From an uncultured Desulfospira sp. (GTDB taxonomy: Bacteria > Desulfobacterota > Desulfobacteria > Desulfobacterales > Desulfobacteraceae): 64,000 nucleotides of DNA. Every line of letters starts with the position of its first letter. The stretch's first letter is position 1. Under the pieces are notes generated by a model, which was given only the letters and a program-made list of their open reading frames with translations, ran no database searches and was not told the DNA's origin. Both the position numbers and the translations under genes were made by a program. Below are positions 31,520 through 41,242 of this stretch, in pieces. The stretch lies in contig OY760175.1 of assembly GCA_963663165.1 (NCBI GenBank), forward strand, positions 1,952,001 through 2,016,000. The letters run 5' to 3'.

Positions 31520-32253
31520 AAAAAACAGGCCCCCATCAGCATCAGGGCCGCCCCCATGGTCAGGATATCGGCAATCCCGATCACGGAAGTTGAGGTCCGG
31601 ACGGCCCGTGAGGCCCCAAGCCCTTTTAACTCGGCTGCCACACTCAGTTCATCTGCAGAGCGCAGTGCCCGGATCACCACCGGAACAAACAAAAGGCGCA
31701 TGGTCAGCAGCGGATGCACGGTCATGGAAAATATGGAGAGCCTGTACCCCTTGGTCTTCATGCTCTCGGAGATCTGTTTGACATCGTTGATAAAGCTTGG
31801 GATAAACCGGACCATCACCGTGGTGGGCAGGTAAATAAAAAAAGGAAGGCGCAGTGCCTTTAAGGTGGTCATAAACTCCTGGACCCGGCAGGAAAGGGCC
31901 AGGGCCAGGATCACATTAACCAGGATCATGATTCTTAAAAACGGATTAATAAACGGTGCCACCCCCTTTTGCCCCATATCGGGCCAGACCACGAGCATGA
32001 CCTTAACGCACCCCATGGCAACGATAAATATAGCAAAAACGGCGGCATAGGCCACCCCGGTCACGGTAAGCCTGCCATGGGCCGCCGTATAGATGAAGCT
32101 TGCCGCAAACAGCAGGGTCAGGCAATACCAGGACTGGATAAAAATAATCCCCACAGAGGCCAGAAGGCAGACCGCCATCCGGGTCCTGACATCAAGAGAT
32201 CGGACAAAATTGCCGGGTTTCTCGGGCAGATCACTCCCGGATAATACCTGCAT
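31516..32253 (-). CDS. ECF transporter T component
   Basis: LDVRTR, VMVRFIPS, PVVIRALRSADELSVAAELKG. Confidence 0.88.
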   Translation of the reverse strand: MQVLSGSDLPEKPGNFVRSLDVRTRMAVCLLASVGIIFIQSWYCLTLLFAASFIYTAAHGRLTVTGVAYAAVFAIFIVAMGCVKVMLVVWPDMGQKGVAPFINPFLRIMILVNVILALALSCRVQEFMTTLKALRLPFFIYLPTTVMVRFIPSFINDVKQISESMKTKGYRLSIFSMTVHPLLTMRLLFVPVVIRALRSADELSVAAELKGLGASRAVRTSTSVIGIADILTMGAALMLMGACFL

Positions 32254-32782
32254 GGCGAAGCTCCTTTACAAAAAGAATGCCGGTTCCAAGTCCCATCAGA
32301 CAGCCCACATACCCCAGGCCCACCACCACGGCAGCCATGATAAAAAAGCCAAGCTGCTCCCGGTACATCAAATAGGAATACCCAAGGGAAATCCCCCGAG
32401 AGAGAAAATCAAACAATGCCACCCCGATGACCAGCACCACGGGGTGTTTAAATCTTCCCGTGGCTGCCATGGCAAGATCGCACAGGCAGCCGGCCAGGAT
32501 CACCCCGATAATGGTCATGGGATTGCCGCCCATCAGAATCAGGGAGACCAGGCAGGAAATCAGGGAAAACAGGCTCAAGACCCCGAATTTTCTGACCTTG
32601 TAAACCAGGATAATGAGCAGCGATGTGGCCACGGTATTTTTCATCACCAGGGTGACCGGATTCATGCCGCCGCCGGCCAGGGCGATCATCATGGTGGAAA
32701 TCTTAATCAGGCCGGCAAAGGTGCCGATGGTGATCAGTTCTCCCGGGGTCCAGTAAGGATGTTTTCTTTTGGGATCAGTCAT
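32231..32782 (-). CDS. ECF S component, MptD/Trep_Strep-like
   Basis: About 6 TM; ELITIGTF, KVRKFG, C-terminal LRHAGII. Confidence 0.8.
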   Translation of the reverse strand: MTDPKRKHPYWTPGELITIGTFAGLIKISTMMIALAGGGMNPVTLVMKNTVATSLLIILVYKVRKFGVLSLFSLISCLVSLILMGGNPMTIIGVILAGCLCDLAMAATGRFKHPVVLVIGVALFDFLSRGISLGYSYLMYREQLGFFIMAAVVVGLGYVGCLMGLGTGILFVKELRHAGIIRE

Positions 32783-34164
32783 TTGACAATCTCTTTATAA
32801 AAATCGATCATGCCCTGGGCAAGGTTGGTCTGCCAGAATTCTCCGGCCCGGGTCAGGGTCATCCACCCCTTGGAAAGGCTAACCAGGCCGGCCTGTTCCC
32901 ACTGGGAAACCAGGGGCCTGAATACGGATTCCATATCCATGTCCAACGGGGCCCCGGCGGTTTTAAGGTTAATCCGGCCCATTTCAAGTTCCCCTGCCAC
33001 AATCCGGATCAGCGGCTCGGTTTCATCAGGCTTCATCATATGAACTAAGGGTTTTTCCCACCCTGCACGGTCCAGATATTTTTTTAAATTGCCTTCCAGA
33101 AAATAGCCGTACCCGTTCATAAATCCACCGGCCCCGGACCCGAAGCCTAAGCAGTCGGTCTTGGCCTTCATGAACCGGTTGTACAGATTCCTTTCCCTGA
33201 AGGTCCGCCCCCAGTGGTCAATGGATAGACGCCGGTACCGGGCCTGTTCCATAATAGCTCCCCCCCTTTCAAACATGGCGGCCCGCATGGGGCGGTCTGC
33301 CACCGGCGGCACCTTTTGGTCGGCAATGGCCCGGTCCAGTTTTCCGCCGGGAAACCGGATGAGCTGGTAAAGGTCCACCCCGTCAATTTCAAGGCCCATA
33401 AAGGTGTCAAGGTCCTTTTCCCAGGTCTCCATGGTCTGGCCGGGCAGTCCGTAAATCAGGTCAATGATGACGGCGGCCTGGTCCGTGGCCTTAAGGGCGT
33501 TTAAACAGGCGATGATCTCCCTGATCCCCTGAATGCGGCCCACGCTTTGGCGGATTTTGGTATCAAAGGTCTGGACTCCGATGGAAAACCGGTTGGCCCC
33601 GCCGTCGATACAGGCGGCTATCTTGTCCTCACCAAAGCCGAACACCCGGCCTTCCACGGTAATCTCGCAGTCATTGGCCAGGGGCAGATACTGCCTGGCA
33701 GCTTGCAGAACCTTTTTAAGGTCCCGGGTAGACAAGGCCGTCGGGGTCCCCCCGCCCAGGTAGACCGCATGAACAGGCCAGGAATTCACCATGGGCGAAT
33801 CCGATGCGGCCGCCATCTCCTTAACCAGCGCATCCACATAGGCGTTCTGGTTTTCCTCATTTGCCGGGTTGCCGAAAAAACCGCAGTACAGGCACCGGGT
33901 TTCGCAAAACGGGATATGGATATAAGCGGTGGTTTTCCCCCGCCGGGGGGTTTGAGCCAGGGCCTGCCAGACCCGCGGCCGTTCCTCTTCCGGAACTGGC
34001 TTGCCGCCAAGCCCCGCATGGACAACCGCTTTTCTGGCAAAGGCATCGGCCATGGGGGTATCGCTGATCCGGGCAAAATAAGGCCGCTGTGCCGAATCCT
34101 GGCCAAAGGATTCCATGAGCTTCATTTTGGAATCGACACTGCTGTGGGATACATCCTTTTTCAT
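32779..34164 (-). CDS. hutW: Anaerobic heme-degrading radical SAM methyltransferase HutW/ChuW (copy 1)
   Basis: YIHIPFCETRCLYCGF, YLGGGTPT, LPLANDCEITVEGR, NRFSIGVQ, ERNLYN, LT.AG.FW..NL. Confidence 0.88.
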   Translation of the reverse strand: MKKDVSHSSVDSKMKLMESFGQDSAQRPYFARISDTPMADAFARKAVVHAGLGGKPVPEEERPRVWQALAQTPRRGKTTAYIHIPFCETRCLYCGFFGNPANEENQNAYVDALVKEMAAASDSPMVNSWPVHAVYLGGGTPTALSTRDLKKVLQAARQYLPLANDCEITVEGRVFGFGEDKIAACIDGGANRFSIGVQTFDTKIRQSVGRIQGIREIIACLNALKATDQAAVIIDLIYGLPGQTMETWEKDLDTFMGLEIDGVDLYQLIRFPGGKLDRAIADQKVPPVADRPMRAAMFERGGAIMEQARYRRLSIDHWGRTFRERNLYNRFMKAKTDCLGFGSGAGGFMNGYGYFLEGNLKKYLDRAGWEKPLVHMMKPDETEPLIRIVAGELEMGRINLKTAGAPLDMDMESVFRPLVSQWEQAGLVSLSKGWMTLTRAGEFWQTNLAQGMIDFYKEIVK

Positions 34165-34246
34165 AATATTTTCTTTAGCTCCTTATGCCCAACCGGGTGT
34201 ATAAGAGAGGCGCCTTTTTTAGTGATGGCTTATTACCTTGATTAAA

Positions 34247-34279
34247 AAGTTTAATAGCTCAAACTTTTTGGGGTGTCAA
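34247..34279 (-). promoter_or_regulatory. Putative DtxR/MntR operator overlapping a sigma-70 promoter of the hutW-ECF operon
   Basis: AAGTTTAATAGCTCAAACTT (34247-34266); TTGACA at 34279-34274 and TATTAA 17 bp downstream. Confidence 0.65.
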
Positions 34280-34303
34280 CCCCATTTCATTACAATTTTC
34301 CTG

Positions 34304-35047
34304 TCAGGGAGTTGCAGGCAGGGGAATTTGCGTTTCAACGTGAACGTCATCAATCAAAGCAGCTAATCCAGTCACACTGGACAGCTTTACATAGATGGTT
34401 TCCGGATTATCATTGAACCTGATTTGGGCAACGGCCCGGCACCAATGGCCGGACCCGCCGCCACCGACATTTCCCACTGTGGTCACACATACGGCAATGC
34501 CGTTTATATCCGCAATCTGGGTACCGTCATATGACCTTCCGACCCGGATGGCACAATTATCTTTTTCAAAACTCGAATAATAAGTCCATTGAATCCGGGC
34601 CAAAGTCGGCCCTGCTTTTTCAGGGGAAAGCGGCTGGGGAATCTTAAACCATAAACTGGTTTCGCCCATGCCGCCGTAATATCCGCTTCTGCTCCATTTT
34701 CCCACCATGGGATACCAGCGCCAGCCGCCAAGCCCGATTTTGGAGCATTTGGCACGAATCATCAGGGGCTGTCCCCCGGAATTGACCCAGTTACCGCCAT
34801 CGGGCAAAAGGGGGATCTTTGGTGCCACTGGATCAGGATCACCGGATTGAGGCGGAACATGGAGTGCCTCAGCATTAGCGGCATTAAACCCCCAGCTCTG
34901 GCAGGTGGTTAACCCGGGATGCCCGCTGCTGCTGCAATCAGCATGGCCGGAAGATAGCGTGTCCCAGGCCTGCCCAAGGATGACAGCAACGAAGACGACG
35001 GCCAACATTCTAAAATGTTCAAATTTTTTTATTAGCATAGAATTCAT
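34304..35047 (-). CDS. Hypothetical secreted Cys/Gly/Trp-rich protein
   Basis: 247-aa ORF with a hydrophobic N-terminal segment; no motif recognised. Confidence 0.65.
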   Translation of the reverse strand: MNSMLIKKFEHFRMLAVVFVAVILGQAWDTLSSGHADCSSSGHPGLTTCQSWGFNAANAEALHVPPQSGDPDPVAPKIPLLPDGGNWVNSGGQPLMIRAKCSKIGLGGWRWYPMVGKWSRSGYYGGMGETSLWFKIPQPLSPEKAGPTLARIQWTYYSSFEKDNCAIRVGRSYDGTQIADINGIAVCVTTVGNVGGGGSGHWCRAVAQIRFNDNPETIYVKLSSVTGLAALIDDVHVETQIPLPATP

Positions 35048-35245
35048 AATAAAACTAAAAACATAATTAGCAATGTCTAATTATTGACATGCCATGTAAT
35101 ATTTTGAATTTGCTGCGCTGTCAAGAAAAAATGGAACTATCTGTAGAAAGGCCCTGTCCTGCTCACCTGTCCAATCCCCTCAAGACAAGAAAGAAGCGTA
35201 TCGAATTTTTATGGGATTGGTGTTGGCATAAAAGGGGCGGCCTTT

Positions 35246-36951
35246 TCAGGCCTTAAAGAACCGAAACCCTTTATTTCCTGCGACATATATCAAAATGGCC
35301 GTTATTGTAAAATCGGGAAAAACTTTTAAGCACTCTTTTTTATATCCTTGCACCTGTTCCAGATCTTTTTTGGGCGGGGCTTTCATCGATAATATGGTAT
35401 CGGCGTACTGCCCCCGGCCGTACTTGAACTCAATAATGGTTCTGGTGTCCTTGTATTGTGTGTGGTATTTGCCGGTCATTTCCCAGTCGCTCCGGCCCGA
35501 CGGGTAGTTGACTTCCATGGAAAAGGTAAAATACCGGGACAGATAACGGGTGCAAAGCTCGTAAAACGCGCACCGGACAAAATTTTCATTTATCTTGTCC
35601 CAGGCCTGGGCCGGGAACTGCCCAAGGTAGGTGTCATAGAACCCTGAAAACAGAGCTTCCATATCAAGGTCGGCCAGAAATGTTCTAAAAAATTGGGTAT
35701 AGCCTTTGGAGACTTCCAGGTTATTTAATTCATTGTAATAATCAACAAAAATTTCGCGCAGGGTATTATTGGGAAGACACATGCTAAAATCATCAAAACA
35801 GGTGACCATGCCAAGATAAAACAAAGATACCGGATAATAGTCCTTTTCAAAAAACTGCCGCATATTGAATTTTGAAACCAATTGCTTAAGATCGTATTCA
35901 AGGCTGTTGTCAAACACCAGGGCATCCATCATGGCATCGGTGTTTTCCTTCACCGTGGTCAACCGCTCTATCCAGGACACATCGGTTTTCAGATTATCGT
36001 CAATCAGTTCTCTGGGGATTTCACCATTATTTAAAGCAAAATTTTTTAAAAAATAAGTAACAATGGTGGAATTATAAAGGGTATCTGCCACATCCGGCAA
36101 AAAACGGTAACCGTCATAATGATTTTTCATGATTCCAAGTATTTCAGGCATACGGACAGGATCAAACCCATAAGACTCAAACACATTGCCAAGGTATTTT
36201 TTGGTTTCTTCGTGGGTAAAACCCAGCATATTTACCAATTGTTTTTTTAACGTCACTATCTCGGCAATATTAAATCCTGAAGTTAAATCATCAATGGTAA
36301 TGGGCAGAACACCGGTGATAAACACCTTGCCGATGCTCTGCATTTCAATGCCGGACTTTATGACTTTGAAAAAGGAACGTAAAAAGGAATCCCCGCAGGT
36401 CAGTTCCTTGTACAGGTCGTCGTTGCGGGTGGTGATCAACTGATTGGTGAAGTTATCGTACTCGTCGATAATGATGTAAATCGGCGCAAGGTTGCGGTCT
36501 TTTACCATGGACAGGATCTGCTTGAGACGGACGGCCAGGGCCTGGTCCTTGTTCATATCACTGTCCTTGAAATATTTATTGTAGGAATGAAGGAAGGAGC
36601 CCAGTGATGCGCCCTGGGTAAGGTTGAAATTTTCCTCAATTATGCCAAGATCCGGTTTCACCGGCACTTCGGAAAAATTTAGGCGCAGCACTATAAAGCT
36701 GTTTTTAAGCGGGGTCGGGTTTTGCCCGATCCAGGTGTTTCCAAAAAGCGGTGGAAATTTATCCTTGCGGTTGATATCGTAATAACATTCAAGTGTGGAA
36801 CACCAAAGGCTTTTGCCGAAACGCCGGGGACGCAAAAAACCGGTGCCTTCCAATTTTCAAGGGCGGCAATGTGCCGGGTTTTATCTACATAGTAATATCC
36901 TTGTTCCTGTATTTCTTCAAAGCTGCCGACAGCATAGGGTATCTTTTTCAT
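35246..36951 (-). pseudogene. AAA-ATPase-like / PD-(D/E)XK nuclease protein, apparent 1-nt deletion at 36834-36839
   Basis: MKKIPY...YYYVDKT joins LRPRRFGKSL if one T is added; IIIDEYD, FITGV, GRSD...IIEFKY. Confidence 0.85.
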
Positions 36952-37060
36952 GGCTGATATTTCCTTGTTTTAAATTTTATACTATACCACCCAAAGACTC
37001 TCAAGAATAAAAGAAAACGAAGCTAAAAGCCGAATGCTGGCAGCCAACCCCTTCCATAAC

Positions 37061-37150
37061 AAAACAGCCGGGTTCTCTGTTTGGGAAGTCCGGCTGTCCT
37101 GTCGGTTCTGTGGTCCCCCCCCCCCCCGGCTGTCCGGGGGGGGGGATTTT
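37061..37150 (-). ncRNA. Degenerate c-di-GMP-I riboswitch/terminator copy
   Basis: 3' half acaggacagccggacttcccaaacagagaacccggctgtttt aligns with 39943-39995; 5' half eroded to C/G homopolymers. Confidence 0.6.
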
Positions 37151-37162
37151 CGTTTCTTGTTT

Positions 37163-37990
37163 CTATTTTCTTGTTCGTCTCAACCCGGCCAGGCCCACAA
37201 GACCTGCGCCCAGCAAGAAAAAGGTGCCAGGCACGGGAACCGAACTTACTGCGGTTGTTGAAATATAAGGTGCAGTGGCACCCTCACGGTCAAAGCTTGC
37301 ATAAACGCTGCCGCACTCTGCCGCTGTGGCAAAAAGCTCCGTCGCATAGGCGTTGGCTAGTTCTTCGTCTTCTTGCAGACTGTCAAAAAACGCCTGGGTA
37401 AGTTCCGGTATCCAGCCGTCATATACATACCCGCTGGCAAGAACAATACCGTTGTTGCTGTCCGGATCAAGAACCCAGCTATTGTACAGATCGGTAATGT
37501 CTAAACTATAAGTGCCGTTGGCTGTCATGGTCAGGCTTGATATAGCGGATTGCGTCAGCAGGGTATTTTTAAGATCTACGACGTTGGCATCATCTCCGTA
37601 GGCTGTCAGTGTCTCCACATCAACATCACCGGGATCATAAACGTCCAGATATGCCGGCAGATCTGCAGTTGTAGCAGGCGGATTGCCGCCGGTCATTGAC
37701 CCTGTTCCTAAAAGGTCGATGACCAGATATGCCGATTCAACGGTCTCAGTTGCCAGAACATTAAATTTCACCCAGCTATAACCCCACATATCTTCGTCTC
37801 CGCCAAACACCTCAAGGGCTGACACTACAAAGTAATCCTTGGAGTCGTCCGGATAAGTAGTATAGGACCCCTGACCACTCATATAGGTGTACCCGGTCAT
37901 TATACTCTCGCCAATAACTTCGGCAGATGCGGTGCCGGTAAATATCATTCCAATCATTGCCAGTGCGATAAACATGTTTTTAAATTTCAT
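37163..37990 (-). CDS. PEP-CTERM protein, Met-conserved DNRLRE-like domain (paralog A)
   Basis: Signal peptide TASA-E; YTYM, WGY..VKF, VESAYLV, DIT.LYN.W, NNGIVL; VPVPG-TM-RRTRK. Confidence 0.9.
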   Translation of the reverse strand: MKFKNMFIALAMIGMIFTGTASAEVIGESIMTGYTYMSGQGSYTTYPDDSKDYFVVSALEVFGGDEDMWGYSWVKFNVLATETVESAYLVIDLLGTGSMTGGNPPATTADLPAYLDVYDPGDVDVETLTAYGDDANVVDLKNTLLTQSAISSLTMTANGTYSLDITDLYNSWVLDPDSNNGIVLASGYVYDGWIPELTQAFFDSLQEDEELANAYATELFATAAECGSVYASFDREGATAPYISTTAVSSVPVPGTFFLLGAGLVGLAGLRRTRK

Positions 37991-38234
37991 TTTTCTTTTT
38001 CCTTTAATTCTTAATAGTTGCATGTCATTTTTCCTTAATTTTTCTTAATTCATTGTCTTTTTCTTATTGCCGTACTTCATTTTGAGTGAAAGCTTTAGAT
38101 ATCACCTCCTTTAAAAAAGCTGTTAGCTGTCAGCGCTTAGCCGTTAGCCGGCCGAAATGGCCTGCATGCTGAAGGCCGACAACTTTCATTATCCGGTTCG
38201 CCCATGGGAAGATGGGCAACACCGGCCATTTTTT

Positions 38235-39833
38235 TTAAGCCTCTTTTTCCCGATTCTCTTCCCGGGATCGGGTCACCATCCCGTAATAATCGATCAGGGC
38301 CTGGGCCAGGTTGACCTGCCAGAACTGCCCGGCCAGGGTCAGGCTGATCCATCCGTCTTTCATTTCAATTAACCCGGCCTGTTCCCACTGGGTCAGCAAG
38401 GGCCTGAACAATTCGGTGATATCGGGCCTGAACTGCCTTTCTAAGTTGGCAAGGTTCAGGTGGCCGGCCTCCAGCTCACCGGTGATCCGGTTGATCAGGG
38501 GTTTAAATTCGGGATAGGCCAGCATGGAGGCCACAGGCTTTACCCCGGATTCAATTGCTGCCGTATATTTGTCCAGGCGGCTTTCCAGATGGCCGGCATA
38601 CCCGCCTAAACTTCCCCCGGCACAGGAGCCGAACGCCAGACAGGGCGAGCCCTCTTTCATCAGCAGGTTGTAGATATTGCGCTCCCGGGTACCCCGGCAC
38701 CAGTGGGTCATGGAAAGCCTTCGAAACCGGGCCTGGTCCATAAGTTCCACCCCTCTTTTAAACATCCAGGCCTGTTCCGGGATATCGGCCGGATACGGCA
38801 GCTTCCCTTTTTCTGCAGCCAGGTCCAGGGGGCCGCCCGCAAAAATGTTCAACTGATAAAGATCTGCCCCGTCAATGTTCAGCTCAATAAGGGTCTTTAA
38901 ATCCTTTTCCCATACGGTCATGTTCTGGCCCGGCAGACCGTAGATCAGGTCAATGACAATGACGGCGGCATTGGTGTCCCGGGCCCGGGACAGGGTTTTG
39001 ACAACCGTATCCTGATCGCTTCTTCTCCCCAGGCTTTTCCGGATAGCCGTATCAAAACTTTGCACCCCGATGGAAAACCGGTTGGCCCCGCCTTCAAGGC
39101 AGGCCGCCAGTGTGGCCTCATCCAAATCGGCAATGGTGCTTTCCACGGTGATTTCGCAATCATTTGCCAGGGGCAACCGGTTTCGGATCTCTTTTAAAAG
39201 CCGTTCAAGGTCCCGGGGCTCCAGGGCCGTTGGGGTGCCCCCGCCCAGGTAGACCGCGTGGATGGGATAATCTGCCACGGCCGGCCGGGCCTGGTCCAAA
39301 CTCATCTCTTTGATCACCGCATCGGTATAGGACGGACTGGATATTTTGCTCAAAGGGTTGACAAAAAAGCCGCAGTACAGGCAATGGCCCCGGCAAAAGG
39401 GAATATGGAAATAGGCGGCCGAACTCTGGCTGCGGGGGGTGCCCATCAGCTCGTCCCATAAGTCATTAATCTTTGATTTTTCCACGGGCTCTCCGCCCAT
39501 GCCGGCATGCACGGTGGTTTTCCTTGAAAAGGCATGGGTTAAGGGGTCCACCCCTTCCCTGGCAAAAAAATCCCGTTCGTCTTCCCGGGCCAGGCTTGAG
39601 GACTGCCTGTCCAGTTGGCCTTTATTTTGTCCGGTCTTTAGCGGGGCCTTGAAATGGTCCCGGTTCCCGGCACCCATCATGGAGGCCTTGGCCCGTTTCA
39701 GATAGGTTAAATCAATGATGTTCCGGTTTTCCGAACGGGCCCGGGACTCAATCCCTTTTTTAACCGTTCTCCGGATAAATCCCGGAACCTGTTCAAAATA
39801 CTCCTGGGCATCACTTGTCCATTGCATGGTCAT
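38235..39833 (-). CDS. hutW: HutW/ChuW radical SAM (copy 2) with N-terminal PCP_red-like domain
   Basis: N-terminal WTSDA......VPGFIRRTVKKGIE..AR; YFHIPFCRGHCLYCGF, LPLANDCEITVE, ERNIYN, LTLAGQFWQVNL. Confidence 0.85.
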   Translation of the reverse strand: MTMQWTSDAQEYFEQVPGFIRRTVKKGIESRARSENRNIIDLTYLKRAKASMMGAGNRDHFKAPLKTGQNKGQLDRQSSSLAREDERDFFAREGVDPLTHAFSRKTTVHAGMGGEPVEKSKINDLWDELMGTPRSQSSAAYFHIPFCRGHCLYCGFFVNPLSKISSPSYTDAVIKEMSLDQARPAVADYPIHAVYLGGGTPTALEPRDLERLLKEIRNRLPLANDCEITVESTIADLDEATLAACLEGGANRFSIGVQSFDTAIRKSLGRRSDQDTVVKTLSRARDTNAAVIVIDLIYGLPGQNMTVWEKDLKTLIELNIDGADLYQLNIFAGGPLDLAAEKGKLPYPADIPEQAWMFKRGVELMDQARFRRLSMTHWCRGTRERNIYNLLMKEGSPCLAFGSCAGGSLGGYAGHLESRLDKYTAAIESGVKPVASMLAYPEFKPLINRITGELEAGHLNLANLERQFRPDITELFRPLLTQWEQAGLIEMKDGWISLTLAGQFWQVNLAQALIDYYGMVTRSREENREKEA

Positions 39834-39942
39834 TGTTTCCTCATGTTGTTGGTAGCTGTTAGCTATTAGCCGTTAGCTGTTAGCGGTTAGCCGGCTGCCA
39901 TTTCCTTCAGCTAACAGCTAACGGCTAAACGCTAATAGCTTT

Positions 39943-40038
39943 AAAAAAACAGCCGGGTTCCCTGTTTGAGGCAACCCGGCTGTCCTGTAAGGATCCGCGG
40001 CTTTCCGTCCCCCGGTTTCCCGGGGTTTGGCTTTTTCG
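39943..40038 (-). ncRNA. c-di-GMP-I (GEMM-I) riboswitch with overlapping intrinsic terminator
   Basis: Minus strand GCCAAA-CCCCGG-GAAA-CCGGGG-GACGGAAAGCCGCGGATCC..GGACAGCCGGGTTGCC, then an 11-bp stem and U-run. Confidence 0.9.
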
Positions 40039-40181
40039 GTTTGTGGGGACTTGGGATATGGGACCTGGGATTTGGGGTTGATTTACGCTTCTATTTCTAA
40101 GGTCTCAGGTCTGAAGTCTAAATCCATCTCCACCGGTTAGACTTTGATTATCTCATTTTGTCCCATTCTTGTTTCCGGTTT

Positions 40182-40979
40182 TTAGTGTCTTGCCCGTCTC
40201 AATCCCGCAAGCCCCGCAAGGCCACATCCGAGCAGCATCAGGGTACCGGGAACTGGAACTGTTGATGAAATATACGGCGCGCTGCCGTTTTCGTTGCCAA
40301 AACTGGCATAAACGCTGCCGCTTTCTGAAGCGATGAGAAGCATCTCTGTTAACAGGGCGTTGTATTCTTCATCGGTAAGACTGTCTATATACTCCTGGGT
40401 AATATCTTTTATATAGCCTTCATAGTTATACCCGCTGGCAAGAATGATACCGTTGTTGCTGTCAGGATCAAGAATCCAGCTGTTGTACAGATCGGTAATG
40501 TCTAAGTAATAGGTGCCGTTGGATGTCATGGTCAGGCTTGACAGAGCGGTTTGCGTCAACAGGGTATCCCTGAGAGCTGAAACGGTGTCTTTATCCAATG
40601 TTTCCACATCAACATCGCCGGGATCATAAAGGTCCAAAGAGGCAACAAGCTCTTCGGTTGTTGCCTCGGGATTGCCGAAGCTCATAGCACCTACACCCAA
40701 AAGGTCGAGAACCAGATATGCCGATTCAACAGTCTCGGTCTCAGTCACTTCAAATTTCAGCCAGCTATAGCCCCACATATCGCTGTCCCCGCCAAACAGT
40801 TCAAGGGCGGTTGCCACAAAGTAATCTTTGGAGGATTCCGGATACGTCGTTGTGGCACCCAGGCCACCCATATAGGTGTACCCGGTTAATTCACACGTAC
40901 CAATAACTTCGGCGGATGCGGTGCCGGTAATTACCATTGAAAATAAAGCCAGTGCCATGAGAATTCTTTTAATATTCAT
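40182..40979 (-). CDS. PEP-CTERM protein, Met-conserved DNRLRE-like domain (paralog B)
   Basis: Same motifs as 37163-37990; VPVPG-TM-RRARH. Confidence 0.9.
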   Translation of the reverse strand: MNIKRILMALALFSMVITGTASAEVIGTCELTGYTYMGGLGATTTYPESSKDYFVATALELFGGDSDMWGYSWLKFEVTETETVESAYLVLDLLGVGAMSFGNPEATTEELVASLDLYDPGDVDVETLDKDTVSALRDTLLTQTALSSLTMTSNGTYYLDITDLYNSWILDPDSNNGIILASGYNYEGYIKDITQEYIDSLTDEEYNALLTEMLLIASESGSVYASFGNENGSAPYISSTVPVPGTLMLLGCGLAGLAGLRRARH

Positions 40980-41242
40980 TTTGATTTATCCTTTTTGATT
41001 TATCCTTTTTGATTTAAATAAAACGTTTTTCTATTTTGGTCTTGAAACAGGCTGAGCTTAAAAGGGTCAGGAATTCACTGACAATGAGTAAAAGGCATGT
41101 ATGACCTCCTTTCTTTCTTATATTCCACAAACATGGGAAGATGCTTTAAAATCGGTTGTTTTTTGTTTTCACACATAGATATGGGTAGGATGGATCAGGG
41201 TCCGGGCCTCTCCTTGACCCATGGTTCCCCCCCCTTGTTGTC

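Noticed and set aside
34304..34330. Truncated PEP-CTERM motif (IPLPATP-stop)
   Set aside because: No hydrophobic or basic tail is evident after the stop; likely coincidence.
39966..40038. 3',3'-cGAMP (GEMM-Ib) riboswitch
   Set aside because: The specificity position is G, not A.
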